A stretch of 64,000 nucleotides of DNA, taken from NCBI GenBank assembly GCA_963666485.2, contig CAXXUO010000002.1:192001-256000 (forward strand), given 5' to 3'. Shown here piece by piece: positions 55,097 to 64,000 of the stretch; the stretch's first letter is position 1; every line of letters starts with the position of its first letter. Source of the stretch: Syntrophorhabdaceae bacterium. GTDB taxonomy: Bacteria; Desulfobacterota; Syntrophorhabdia; Syntrophorhabdales; Syntrophorhabdaceae. The position numbers were made by a program, and so were the translations under genes. Under the pieces are notes generated by a model. It saw only the letters and a list, made by a program, of their open reading frames with translations, had not been told where the DNA came from and did not search any database.

Positions 55097-55978
55097 CTAT
55101 TTCTTTTTCTTTAAACTGTTGTAAAGCTTGAGCGCCTCTTTCGGCTTCATGTCCTGGTGGACAACGGCCCCTACCGCCCGGATCATGGCGATCGGCGCAT
55201 CGGACTGGAATATGTTGCGTCCCATATCGACGCCCGAAGCGCCCTGCTGCACCGCGTTATAGGCCATGGTCAGGGCATCGAGCTCCGGGATCTTCTTGCC
55301 GCCCGCCATGACGATCGGGACCGGGCAGGAGGATGTTACCGTGTCGAAATCCTTATCAACATAATAGGTCTTGATATAATGGGCGCCGAGCTCGGCACAT
55401 ATGCGGCAGGCAAGCTGGAAATACTTTGCGTCCCGCGCCATGTCCTTGCCGACCGCTGTGACGGCAAGCACCGGAATACCGTACCGGTTGCCGATATCGA
55501 CCATCTTCGTCATATTGATGATCGATTCTTTCTCGAATTCACCGCCGATAAAGACCTGGACCGCCATTGCGCAGACGTTGAGCCGGATCGACTCTTCGAT
55601 ATCGACGGCAATGTCCTCGTTCGACAATTCCTTGAGGATGCTCGCACCGCCCGATACCCTCAGCACAATGGCCTTCTGCGTGGCCGCGGGGACGACGCTC
55701 CGCAGGATGCCGCGCGTGAGCATCAGCGTGTCCGCATAGGGAACGAGGGGCAGGATATTGATGTCCACGCGTTCGAGGCCGGTCGTCGGCCCCTGGAAAT
55801 ACCCGTGGTCTATCGCAAGCATGACGGTCCTTCCGGTGTCGGGATTGAATATTCTCGAAAGCCTGTTCTTGATCCCCCAGTCAAGGGCGCCGCACCCTTT
55901 CAGGAAAAAACCCTCCGTCTTCTGGGGTGTGCCGATGTAAAAATTCTTGGCTTCCTTCATCCCGTCAATATCAGGCAT
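55097..55978 (-). CDS. lsrF: LsrF-like class I aldolase/thiolase
   Basis: [46 protein letters not shown] and [11 protein letters not shown]. Confidence 0.9.
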   Translation of the reverse strand: MPDIDGMKEAKNFYIGTPQKTEGFFLKGCGALDWGIKNRLSRIFNPDTGRTVMLAIDHGYFQGPTTGLERVDINILPLVPYADTLMLTRGILRSVVPAATQKAIVLRVSGGASILKELSNEDIAVDIEESIRLNVCAMAVQVFIGGEFEKESIINMTKMVDIGNRYGIPVLAVTAVGKDMARDAKYFQLACRICAELGAHYIKTYYVDKDFDTVTSSCPVPIVMAGGKKIPELDALTMAYNAVQQGASGVDMGRNIFQSDAPIAMIRAVGAVVHQDMKPKEALKLYNSLKKKK

Positions 55979-56175
55979 CCTCTTCTCCTTTTTTGCGCTA
56001 AGCATTCGATAATGCAGAAATTGTTCGCTGCGAGAGTATAAGGCAAATGCAAATGAACCTTCAAGTTAAAAAAATGATGTTCCGACGACCCGCCTGACTT
56101 GAAGCGTGCGGCCGGTTTATGATACATCATTCTCTGTCCGGTACACGACAGGACATTCACGGTAAAGAGGCTTTT

Positions 56176-56730
56176 ATGCTCGACGGCTCCATCATACAGG
56201 ATTTTATCGACATCGGACGCGACATGTTCCTTCGGGGACTCATAAGTTCCCATGCCGGCAATATGAGCGTCAGGTCGGGTGATCTCATATATATAACGCG
56301 GAGCCAGTCAATGTCCGGACGCCTCAAACCTTCGGATATCATCAAGGTGCGCAGCCGGGACCCCGATGATCCGGCCCTCCTTATCGCCTCGACGGAATAC
56401 GTGGTCCACCGGACCATTTACATGAATACCGATGCAGGCGCCGTCGTGCACGCGCACCCGCCCTACGCTACCCTCCTGTCCTTCACCGGTGAACTCGTCC
56501 CCGTCGATGCCGAGGGGTCACACCACTTAAAGCGCGTCCGCGTCACGTCCCCGCAAAACCCGATCGCATCCAACGAAACAGCCGACCTCGTAGCTGAGGA
56601 GTTGAAGGAAAGCAGGATAGTGCTCGTCCGCGGACATGGCAGTTTCGCCCGCGGGAAGACCCTCGAAGAGGCCTACATGCTCACCAGTACGCTGGAATCG
56701 TCGGCGTTCTATCTCTACCACCTAAAATAA
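56176..56730 (+). CDS. Class II aldolase/adducin family protein (FucA-like)
   Basis: GNMSVR, ASTEYVVH, VVHAHPPYA and GHG metal-binding motifs. Confidence 0.9.
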   Translation: MLDGSIIQDFIDIGRDMFLRGLISSHAGNMSVRSGDLIYITRSQSMSGRLKPSDIIKVRSRDPDDPALLIASTEYVVHRTIYMNTDAGAVVHAHPPYATLLSFTGELVPVDAEGSHHLKRVRVTSPQNPIASNETADLVAEELKESRIVLVRGHGSFARGKTLEEAYMLTSTLESSAFYLYHLK

Positions 56731-57129
56731 AAGGTTCAAAGTTCAAGGCTAAAAGTTCAAGGCTAAAAGCAAAAAAACAAAACAAACGGTCTGTCTTGAT
56801 ATGCACTGGTCAGGATAAGCGTTAACAATTACAGACTCAGATAAATGAAGAGTCACGGTCTTCCGGTCAAGATTGTTTCAGTGCAAGACATTCCAATCGC
56901 AGAAGGGATATCAGCTGCCACTCATTCATTGTCAAACCTTCCGGAAAAATTTGGGGGACGTCCTTAAGAAAGTAAGAAACTCCTCAAACAACTAAACGGA
57001 TCGCTCTGTCGTTATTATCCCCCGACCGGGTAATTTTAAGTTACTTACTTTCTTAAGGACGTCCCCTTTGCCTTTACAGTGCCTTTACAGTGTTTTTCGC
57101 CTTGAACCTTGAACCTTGAACCTTGAACC
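56731..57129. repeat. Intergenic cassette bracketed by inverted GTTCAA/TTGAACC heptamer arrays
   Basis: ggttcaa-agttcaa-ggctaaa-agttcaa-ggctaaa at the aldolase stop; (ttgaacc)4 near the ggt stop. Confidence 0.8.
56954..57066. mobile_element. 113-bp MITE-like element with the same 23-bp TIRs as 17019-17163
   Basis: GGGGACGTCCTTAAGAAAGTAAG (56954-56976) and CTTACTTTCTTAAGGACGTCCCC (57044-57066); interior unrelated to the first copy. Confidence 0.65.
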
Positions 57130-57135
57130 GGTTTT

Positions 57136-58848
57136 TCAGTACCCCAGTGCCATGCCTTCCCTCCTCGGGTCCGAGGCGCCGAAGCGTATCGATGTGGCGG
57201 GGTCGATGAGGATGCTGGATGCGGCGCCCATGGGGGCCCTCACGACGACGTTGTGGCCCATGTCACGCAGTATTTTTATTGTGTCGGGGCTTATGCCTTT
57301 TTCTATCCTGAGCTCATCCGGCATCCATTCGTGGTGGACTTTCGGTGCGTTCACGGCCTCCTGTATGTTCATGCCGTGATCGATGGTGTTGAGGATGACC
57401 TGCACGATCGTCGAAATGATCCGGGAACTTCCCGGGCTGCCGGTGACGAGGAACAATGTCCCGTTCCTGAAGACCATTGTCGGCGCCATGGCGGTTACCA
57501 TTCGCTTACCGGGCGCAATGGCATTCGCTTCACTCTGAACTATCCCGGCACCGTCCGCCCGGCCGGGGTTCGTGTTGAAATTGTCCATTTCATTATTGAG
57601 GAGGAATCCCATTCCTTCCACGATGATCCCGCTCCCGAAATTGCCGTTTAAGGTATAGGTAGCGGATACTGCGTTGCCCTCCCGGTCGACAAGGGAAAAA
57701 TGCGTGGTGTCGCCCTTCTCAAAGATACTGACGTCTCCTGACCGGATCTCCTTCGAAGGGGTCGCACGCGACCGGTCGATGCCCCCGGCGAGCGTGAGGG
57801 CGTACGCCTTCGATGCGAGTGCACGGACGGGTACAGCGACTGTGTCCGGATCGCCCGCGTAGACGAAAAGGTCAGCAAAGGCACGCTTCATGGCCTCGGC
57901 GATCAGATGTATCGAAGCCGCTGTGTTGTGGCCCGCGCCCGCCATATCGAAGTTTTCGAGGATATTGAGGACCTGGGTTATTGCAACCCCGCCGGAGCTC
58001 GGCGGATACATAGAATAGACGGTATTGCCCCGGTATGTCGTCCCGACAGGCCGGCGGAGCACAGGCTGGTACGCGGCCAGGTCGGCTTGCGTGACCAGGC
58101 CCCCGTTCCTTTTCATCTCCTTCGCGATGCGTGCCGCGATCGGCCCGTCGTAAAATGCCTGCGGGCCTTCTTTCGCTATCAAGCCCAGCGTACGGGCAAG
58201 GTCCTTTTGAATGAACCTGTCACCGGGCTCGTAAAATGCACCGGACGGTTTGAAAAAGATCGAGGCGGACCCGGGACGGCTTTTCAGCAATTTCTCATAC
58301 GACCTGATATCCGCGCAGACCCCCGCGCTTAAAGGAAAGCCGTGCTCGGCATACCTTATCGCAGGCGCCATCGCATCCTGAAGCGACAGTGTCCCGTATT
58401 TCGCCAGGGCAAGGAAAAGACCTGCCACCGTTCCCGGCACCGCGACGGCACGGTAGCTTTCACGGCTCGATCCCGGATCGGTCCTCCCGTCCCCGCCGAC
58501 GAACATGTTCCTCGAGGCGCCAGATGGGGCCTTTTGCCAGAAATCGAGAGCAATCGTCTCTTTCTTTTTTGCATCGTGGATAAGCATGAACCCGCCGCCG
58601 CCGATGTTGCCGGCGCGGGGGAGGGTAACGGCCATGACGAATGCCGCAGTGACGGCGGCATCGATGGCATTGCCGCCTTTTTTGAGCACCGCTACCGCTT
58701 CTCTGGTCGCAAGCTCCTGGCCGGTCACGACCATTGCGTGACGTCCCTCGACCGGGAAGGAAATTGCGGTTTCTTCAGCAGCGCCGTTATGGCACGCTGT
58801 GATGGCGAGCACTATCAGGAAAAGGCAGGATGCAGCCCTTTTCACCAT
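57136..58848 (-). CDS. ggt: Gamma-glutamyltransferase-family Ntn-hydrolase with altered acyl-binding pocket
   Basis: GGNAIDAAV, GNIGGGGF, catalytic TTHFS, TYTLN and GASDPRREG; lipoprotein-like signal. Confidence 0.88.
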   Translation of the reverse strand: MVKRAASCLFLIVLAITACHNGAAEETAISFPVEGRHAMVVTGQELATREAVAVLKKGGNAIDAAVTAAFVMAVTLPRAGNIGGGGFMLIHDAKKKETIALDFWQKAPSGASRNMFVGGDGRTDPGSSRESYRAVAVPGTVAGLFLALAKYGTLSLQDAMAPAIRYAEHGFPLSAGVCADIRSYEKLLKSRPGSASIFFKPSGAFYEPGDRFIQKDLARTLGLIAKEGPQAFYDGPIAARIAKEMKRNGGLVTQADLAAYQPVLRRPVGTTYRGNTVYSMYPPSSGGVAITQVLNILENFDMAGAGHNTAASIHLIAEAMKRAFADLFVYAGDPDTVAVPVRALASKAYALTLAGGIDRSRATPSKEIRSGDVSIFEKGDTTHFSLVDREGNAVSATYTLNGNFGSGIIVEGMGFLLNNEMDNFNTNPGRADGAGIVQSEANAIAPGKRMVTAMAPTMVFRNGTLFLVTGSPGSSRIISTIVQVILNTIDHGMNIQEAVNAPKVHHEWMPDELRIEKGISPDTIKILRDMGHNVVVRAPMGAASSILIDPATSIRFGASDPRREGMALGY

Positions 58849-58849
58849 T

Positions 58850-59965
58850 TTACAGCTTCAATTTCAGCCCTGAATCGCTCTTCTCTTTTGAATCGCCCGG
58901 CTTCATCTCGGCCATCTTGATCTTGAGCCTCACGTCGTTCGGGCTGTCCGCATACGCGATAGCGTTATTCAGGTCGAGGACACCGGACTGGTACATGTCG
59001 AAGATATGCTGGTCGAATGTCTGCATCCCTTCGAAGTACGATTCGGCCATCGTTTCCTTGAGCATGGTTATGTCGCCCTTCAGGATGAGGTCCTTCACCC
59101 TCGGGCTGTCGAGCAGTATCTCGATCAGGGCCGCGCGTTTGCCTTCCACCGTCGGAACGAGCCTCTGGGAGATAATGGAGCGCAAATTGAGGGACAGCTG
59201 CATGTAGATCTGCAGGTGGCGCTCGATCGGGAAAAAGTTGAGGATACGCTCAATAGCCTGGTTCGCGTTGTTCGCGTGAAGCGTGGCAAGGGCCAAATGG
59301 CCTGTTTCTGCAAATGTGATGGCGTCTTCCATTGTCTCGGCGTCCCGGATCTCGCCTATGAGGATGACATCCGGCGCCTGGCGCAATGTATTCTTCAGGG
59401 CGTTGTAAAAACTCAACGTGTCGAAGCCGACCTCCCTCTGTGTGATGACACTCATCTTATGCTGGTGGACATACTCCACCGGGTCCTCGATCGTTATTAT
59501 ATGGCCCCGCTGGTTCGAATTCCGATAATCGATGAGCGCTGCGAGCGTGGTCGATTTACCGCTGCCGGTCGCGCCCACGACAAGGACAAGGCCGCGCTTG
59601 GACATGCAGATGTCCTTCATGATCGCGGGCAGGCCCCAGTCGTCGATCGTCTTGATCGTCATCTTTATCTGGCGGATGACGATCCCGACAAAACTTTTCT
59701 GCCTGAAGATGTTCACCCTGAACCTGCCGTATTCCGGCTTGTAAATGGCAAGGTTCATCTCCATTTCCTCTTCGAATTTCTTCTTCTGCTGGTCATTCAT
59801 GACGGAATATGCCAGCTCGTGCGTATCTTCCGCGGTCATGGTTTTGTCGCCATAGGGTGACACGATGCCTTCAATGCGGAACGAAGCGGGCACTCCCACG
59901 GTAAAATAAATATCCGAAGCGTCCGTATCGACCATGTACTTCAAATATTCATCAATAACGTCCAT
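58850..59965 (-). CDS. pilU: Type IV pilus retraction ATPase PilU-like
   Basis: GATGSGKST, TIEDPVE, LRQAPDVILIGEIRD and TLHANNANQAIERI. Confidence 0.9.
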   Translation of the reverse strand: MDVIDEYLKYMVDTDASDIYFTVGVPASFRIEGIVSPYGDKTMTAEDTHELAYSVMNDQQKKKFEEEMEMNLAIYKPEYGRFRVNIFRQKSFVGIVIRQIKMTIKTIDDWGLPAIMKDICMSKRGLVLVVGATGSGKSTTLAALIDYRNSNQRGHIITIEDPVEYVHQHKMSVITQREVGFDTLSFYNALKNTLRQAPDVILIGEIRDAETMEDAITFAETGHLALATLHANNANQAIERILNFFPIERHLQIYMQLSLNLRSIISQRLVPTVEGKRAALIEILLDSPRVKDLILKGDITMLKETMAESYFEGMQTFDQHIFDMYQSGVLDLNNAIAYADSPNDVRLKIKMAEMKPGDSKEKSDSGLKLKL

Positions 59966-59968
59966 GGA

Positions 59969-61000
59969 TCACCTCATTGAGCTGAGATAGAATGAAACCT
60001 CGTCCCTGGTCACCAGGTTCTTGGCGATCAGGTCGTTGCACGCCGCTTCCATCGTCTGCATGCCGATGCCCTTGCTCGTCTGGATCATTGACGGGATCTG
60101 GGCGATCTTGTTCTCCCTGATAAGGTTCCGTACCGCCGGGGTTGCGATCATAACCTCGAACGCCGCGACCCGGCCCCTGCCGTCGCGCCTTTTGAACAAC
60201 GCCTGGGAGATGACGGCCTGCAGTGAACCGGACAGCATCGAGCGCACCTGGTTCTGTTGGCCGGCCGGGAAGACGTCGATGACCCTGTCCACCGTATCCG
60301 GCGCCGAGCTCGTATGGAGTGTTGCAAAAACAAGGTGCCCTGTTTCAGCTGCCGTCAGCGCCAGCTGAATGGTCTCGAGGTCGCGCATTTCGCCGACGAG
60401 TATGATATCGGGGTCTTCACGCAGCGCGCTCCGCAATGCATTGGCAAAACTCTTGGTATGAGGTCCGAGTTCGCGCTGGTTGACCAGGCATTTCTTGGAG
60501 AGATGGAGGAATTCTATAGGGTCCTCGACCGTCAGGATATGTTCCTTCGCCGTGTCGTTTATGTAATCGATGATAGCCGCAAGGGTGGTCGACTTACCGC
60601 TGCCGGTAGGTCCCGTGACAAGGACAAGGCCTTTCTCGAGGTTTGCGATATCCTTGAACACCTTGGGAAGGTTAAGTTCGTCGAAGCTCGGTATCTTGGT
60701 TGGAATTGTCCTGAAAACCGCGGATTCACCCCGGTGCTGCTTGAAGACGTTGACCCTGAAACGGGCAATTTCCCCGAGACCGAAAGAAAAGTCAAGTTCG
60801 AGGTGCTCCTCGAAGACCTTTCTCTGGAAGTCACTGAGGATATCATAGATCATGTTATGCACGTCCTCTTTATCGAGGGCGGGCAGATCGACCTTCGTCA
60901 TTTCACCATGGATCCTGATAACGGGCGGCTCACCGGCGCTTATATGCAGGTCGGACCCGCCGCTTTCAAGGGCAAAGCGCAGCAATTCGGAAATATCCAT
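59969..61000 (-). CDS. pilT: Type IV pilus retraction ATPase PilT
   Basis: GPTGSGKST, ALREDPDIILVGEMRD, AVRNLIRE and GMQTM. Confidence 0.95.
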   Translation of the reverse strand: MDISELLRFALESGGSDLHISAGEPPVIRIHGEMTKVDLPALDKEDVHNMIYDILSDFQRKVFEEHLELDFSFGLGEIARFRVNVFKQHRGESAVFRTIPTKIPSFDELNLPKVFKDIANLEKGLVLVTGPTGSGKSTTLAAIIDYINDTAKEHILTVEDPIEFLHLSKKCLVNQRELGPHTKSFANALRSALREDPDIILVGEMRDLETIQLALTAAETGHLVFATLHTSSAPDTVDRVIDVFPAGQQNQVRSMLSGSLQAVISQALFKRRDGRGRVAAFEVMIATPAVRNLIRENKIAQIPSMIQTSKGIGMQTMEAACNDLIAKNLVTRDEVSFYLSSMR

Positions 61001-61009
61001 TATTACCTC

Positions 61010-61528
61010 CTATCCTTCTAAAGATTCGATATCTTTATATGTCGGCAGATCTTCGATGCTTTTTAACCCGAACACTTCAAGGAACCTCGCCGTGGTCCTG
61101 AATGCCATCTTTTTCCCGGCGTCACCGTTGCGGCCCGCGATATCGATGAGCCTTTTCTCGAGCAGGTGCTTGATCGCCCGCGCCGAATCGACACCGCGCA
61201 CCGCGTCGATGTCCTTCTTGGTGACCGGCTGCTTGTACGCGATGATAGAGAGCGTCTCGAGCATGGGCCGGGACAGTGCCACATCCTTCTCTTTCACGAA
61301 GCGCTTGACGATCTCCCGGTAATCCACCTTGGTCCTCATCTGGTACCCGCCCGCAACCTCGGCCACCTCGACCGAACGGTCCGGGCCGGAATAATCCCTG
61401 ATGAGGACCCTGAAGGCCTCATCAATGTCCCCGATGGGGAACTCTTCAAGGCGCCGGGCGACCTGTTTCGACGTCACGGGCCTCGATGAGGAAAAAAGGA
61501 CGGCTTCCAGTATGGTCTTCAGTTCCAT
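61010..61528 (-). CDS. scpB: SMC-Scp complex subunit ScpB
   Basis: LEAVLF, EVAGGYQMRT, LETLSIIAYKQPVT and FLEVFGLKSIEDLP. Confidence 0.95.
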   Translation of the reverse strand: MELKTILEAVLFSSSRPVTSKQVARRLEEFPIGDIDEAFRVLIRDYSGPDRSVEVAEVAGGYQMRTKVDYREIVKRFVKEKDVALSRPMLETLSIIAYKQPVTKKDIDAVRGVDSARAIKHLLEKRLIDIAGRNGDAGKKMAFRTTARFLEVFGLKSIEDLPTYKDIESLEG

Positions 61529-62448
61529 TACGATAAAAAACCTGCGATCATGTCAAAAATCCTGTCAGTATCCCCCGGATAGTTGAACCATCGTATATCT
61601 TTTTCTTTAGCGAACCAGGTAAACTGCCGCTTGGCATAATGTCGTGTATTTTTCTGTATATCTTTTATCATATCTTCATAATCAATGGAACCATTAAGAT
61701 ACAGGAGCACCTCCCGGTACCCGATGCTCGAAAAAGGCTTTTCTTTTCCGTTATATCCCCGCGCAAGGATCGATCTCGCTTCACCGACGAGGCCGTCGTC
61801 GAGCATCTTTCTGACCCGTGTATCTATCCTCCTGTAGAGCTCGTCGCGGGGCGCCGTAAGCCCGATCATGCACAGGTCATACCGCGGCTCGCGAAAACCG
61901 TGTTCTTTCTCGAGAGCGCTCATCGGCTTTCCTTCAAGGAGATAGATCTCCATCGCGCGGACGCTCCTGACGCGGTCCTTGAAACTTATCCGCAGGGCAT
62001 ATTCGCTGTCGACGCCTTTCAGTTTTTCGTAAAATGCGATGGGGTCGCGGGCGTATTCGGCGTTGAGGTCTTCACGGAGCTTTCCATCCCTTTTCGCCGG
62101 GAACAACCCGTAAAAAAGTGCCCTGAGGTAAAGCCCGGTGCCCCCGACGACAACAGGCAGCCTTCCCCGCGATGCGATCTGCCTTATCGCTTCGTCCGCC
62201 AGTGACCGGAACCGGGCGGCGTTGAATTCCTCGTCCGGGTCGATGATGTTGACGAGATGATGGGGAAGTTCTTCAAGGGTATCGGGGGAGGGCTTGGCCG
62301 TCCCTATGTCGAAATAACGGTACACCTGCATCGAGTCGGCGTTCACGATCTCGCCGCCGAATCTTTTCCCTGCGCTCAGTGCGAGGTCCGACTTGCCGGT
62401 GCACGTCGGCCCGCCGATCGCGAGGACCCTGATCTTGTTTGATAACAT
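61528..62448 (-). CDS. miaA: tRNA dimethylallyltransferase
   Basis: GPTCTGKS, NADSMQVY..DIGTAKP, VGGTGLY and TRHYAKRQFTW. Confidence 0.96.
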   Translation of the reverse strand: MLSNKIRVLAIGGPTCTGKSDLALSAGKRFGGEIVNADSMQVYRYFDIGTAKPSPDTLEELPHHLVNIIDPDEEFNAARFRSLADEAIRQIASRGRLPVVVGGTGLYLRALFYGLFPAKRDGKLREDLNAEYARDPIAFYEKLKGVDSEYALRISFKDRVRSVRAMEIYLLEGKPMSALEKEHGFREPRYDLCMIGLTAPRDELYRRIDTRVRKMLDDGLVGEARSILARGYNGKEKPFSSIGYREVLLYLNGSIDYEDMIKDIQKNTRHYAKRQFTWFAKEKDIRWFNYPGDTDRIFDMIAGFLS

Positions 62449-62476
62449 ATGTGATATACAGTATAATAAGCCCCGG

Positions 62477-64000
62477 ATGTATTCAAGGATTATCAAAATA
62501 GCGATAATACTGATCACCCTTCCGATGATCTTCGGTGTCGGGCTCGGTTACGGCCTTGTAAATTACCTCGAGATCCCCGACGTAAAGCAGCTCGAAAGCT
62601 ACCGCCCGAAATCCTCCACCCGGCTTTACTCGGACGACGGGACCCTGTTTGCGGAGCTGTATGTCGAGAAGAGGGTCCCTATCCCTCTCACCGAGATGCC
62701 GAAACACCTGCGCCTCGCCTTTATCGCGATCGAGGACGTCCGTTTCTACAGCCATTTCGGGGTCGACATGCGCGGCATCGGACGGGCATTTTTTCGCAAC
62801 CTGATGAAGAAGGGCATCTCGGAGGGGGCATCGACCATTACCCAGCAGCTCGCGCGCAACCTCTACCTGACGCCCCAGAAGACGTACAAGAGGAAGATCG
62901 AGGAGGCCATCCTCGCCATACAGATAGAGCGGACATATTCCAAGGATGAGATCCTCAACATGTACCTGAACCTCATCTACCTCGGTGAGGGGGCCCATGG
63001 CGTGGAGGCTGCCGCGTACACCTATTTCCATAAGAAGGCAAAAGACCTGAACCTCGAAGAGTCCGCCATGCTTGCCGCGCTCACCAAGTCGCCCTCTCGG
63101 CTGTCTCCTTACAAGAACGCGGCCCGGACCGTGGAGCGCCGCAATCTCGTCCTGAAGAAGATGTACGAGGCCGGTTTCATCGACAAGACCAGCTATGCGA
63201 AGGCCGTCCAGACAACGCTGGCCATAGCGCCCTTCAAGACATATGAGAAAAAGACAGGATATTTCACCGAGTATGTAAAGCAGGTGCTCGAGGAATACGT
63301 AGAACATGCACAGGAAGTCTTTACAAGCGGTTTCAACGTCAAGACGACAATGAACATGAAGATGGTCGATTACGCCTACGAAGCGATCGAGAAGGGAATG
63401 GAGGCGTACAAAAAACGTCATCCCGGCGTCCAGGAAACACCCGAGGTCGCGCTTGTCGCGATCGAAGTGAAGACCGGAGAGCTCAAGGTCATCGTGGGCG
63501 GCAAGGATTTTTCGCAGTCACCGTACAACCGCGCGGTCCAGGCGAAACGGCAGCCCGGGTCCTCTTTCAAACCGATCATATACCTGGCTGCCCTCGAGCA
63601 GGGGTTCACCCCGGACAGCATATTGAGGGATTCACCCCTGTCATACACGAACCCGTACACGGGTGTCGGGTGGAACCCCAAGAATTACAGGAACGAATAC
63701 CACGGCGACGTGACGCTGAGGAAGGCCCTCGAGCTGTCCCTCAATACCGCGACGATCCGGCTTCTTGAGAGCGTCGGGCTCGAGAACGTCATAGACATGG
63801 CGAAGCAGCTCCATATAACGAGCAAGTTCGAGCCGAACCTGTCGCTCGCCCTTGGAACGACCGAGATAGCCCCCATAGAGCTCGCGAACGCCTACGCCAC
63901 GTTCGCCCGCGGCGGCGCCTATATCCAGCCCATATCGGTCCGGGCGATCACGACAATGGACGGCGAGGCCCGCTACCGCGAGGAAGCGGTCGAAGAACCC
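62477..64000 (+). CDS. Class A penicillin-binding protein (PBP1A family), 3'-truncated; absent from the ORF track
   Basis: Hand translation: MYSRIIK.. TM helix, IEDVRFYSHFGVD, GASTITQQLAR and RQPGSSFKP; frame is open to the window end. Confidence 0.93.
   Translation, partial: MYSRIIKIAIILITLPMIFGVGLGYGLVNYLEIPDVKQLESYRPKSSTRLYSDDGTLFAELYVEKRVPIPLTEMPKHLRLAFIAIEDVRFYSHFGVDMRGIGRAFFRNLMKKGISEGASTITQQLARNLYLTPQKTYKRKIEEAILAIQIERTYSKDEILNMYLNLIYLGEGAHGVEAAAYTYFHKKAKDLNLEESAMLAALTKSPSRLSPYKNAARTVERRNLVLKKMYEAGFIDKTSYAKAVQTTLAIAPFKTYEKKTGYFTEYVKQVLEEYVEHAQEVFTSGFNVKTTMNMKMVDYAYEAIEKGMEAYKKRHPGVQETPEVALVAIEVKTGELKVIVGGKDFSQSPYNRAVQAKRQPGSSFKPIIYLAALEQGFTPDSILRDSPLSYTNPYTGVGWNPKNYRNEYHGDVTLRKALELSLNTATIRLLESVGLENVIDMAKQLHITSKFEPNLSLALGTTEIAPIELANAYATFARGGAYIQPISVRAITTMDGEARYREEAVEEP

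Noticed and set aside
55076..55099. Pyrrolysine or other TAG read-through fusing lsrF to the dehydrogenase
   Set aside because: lsrF ends at a normal length, an in-frame arrangement arises one time in three by chance, and no pyl genes are in the window.
56845..56967. ~40-aa ORF (MKSHGLPVK...IPIAEG) inside the heptamer-bracketed cassette
   Set aside because: No RBS, it ends within the TIR, and any resemblance to four-helix-bundle proteins is too weak to support.
58850..61000. Functional link between pilT/pilU and the MshEN protein
   Set aside because: They are ~36 kb apart in a housekeeping operon, and nothing in the sequence connects type IV retraction ATPases to the chaperone-usher cluster.
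62483..63876. Minus-strand ORFs at the window end
   Set aside because: Antisense to the PBP1A gene, which the track missed because it lacks a stop inside the window.

Overview
A moderately GC-rich chromosomal window from an anaerobic bacterium. The gene content suggests Desulfobacterota, possibly Syntrophorhabdus-like; this is inference only. In order, it contains: two large PAS sensor kinases; rlpA; a sodium:solute symporter with a small partner gene; a KdpD-like/NarL-type two-component pair; a Tat flavoprotein with a hexaheme cytochrome; an OpgC-like acyltransferase; an archaic (Csu/spore-coat-U) chaperone-usher pilus cluster; MacAB-TolC divergent from an ECF sigma/anti-sigma operon; a frameshifted SulP; a ~15 kb divergent locus of exported proteins built around two caspase-family proteases; and housekeeping genes (GNAT, mltD, fmt, def, folK, Zn-dehydrogenase, lsrF, class II aldolase, ggt-like, pilU, pilT, scpB, miaA, PBP1A). 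There are two main candidates for undescribed systems. (1) A pilus-cluster protein in which three MshEN c-di-GMP-binding units precede an internal signal peptide and a pilin-like domain. (2) An envelope caspase locus with a shared K/R-D-I-x-L/M-D/E motif, a 2044-aa protein carrying a thrombospondin-like repeat, and a TMTC-like glycosyltransferase. Intergenic DNA carries three nested repeat families: CGTC-type REP doublets, inverted heptamer arrays and a 23-bp-TIR miniature element. No rRNA, tRNA, CRISPR array or intact transposase was recognised. All domain calls are by eye from motifs, not from database searches.
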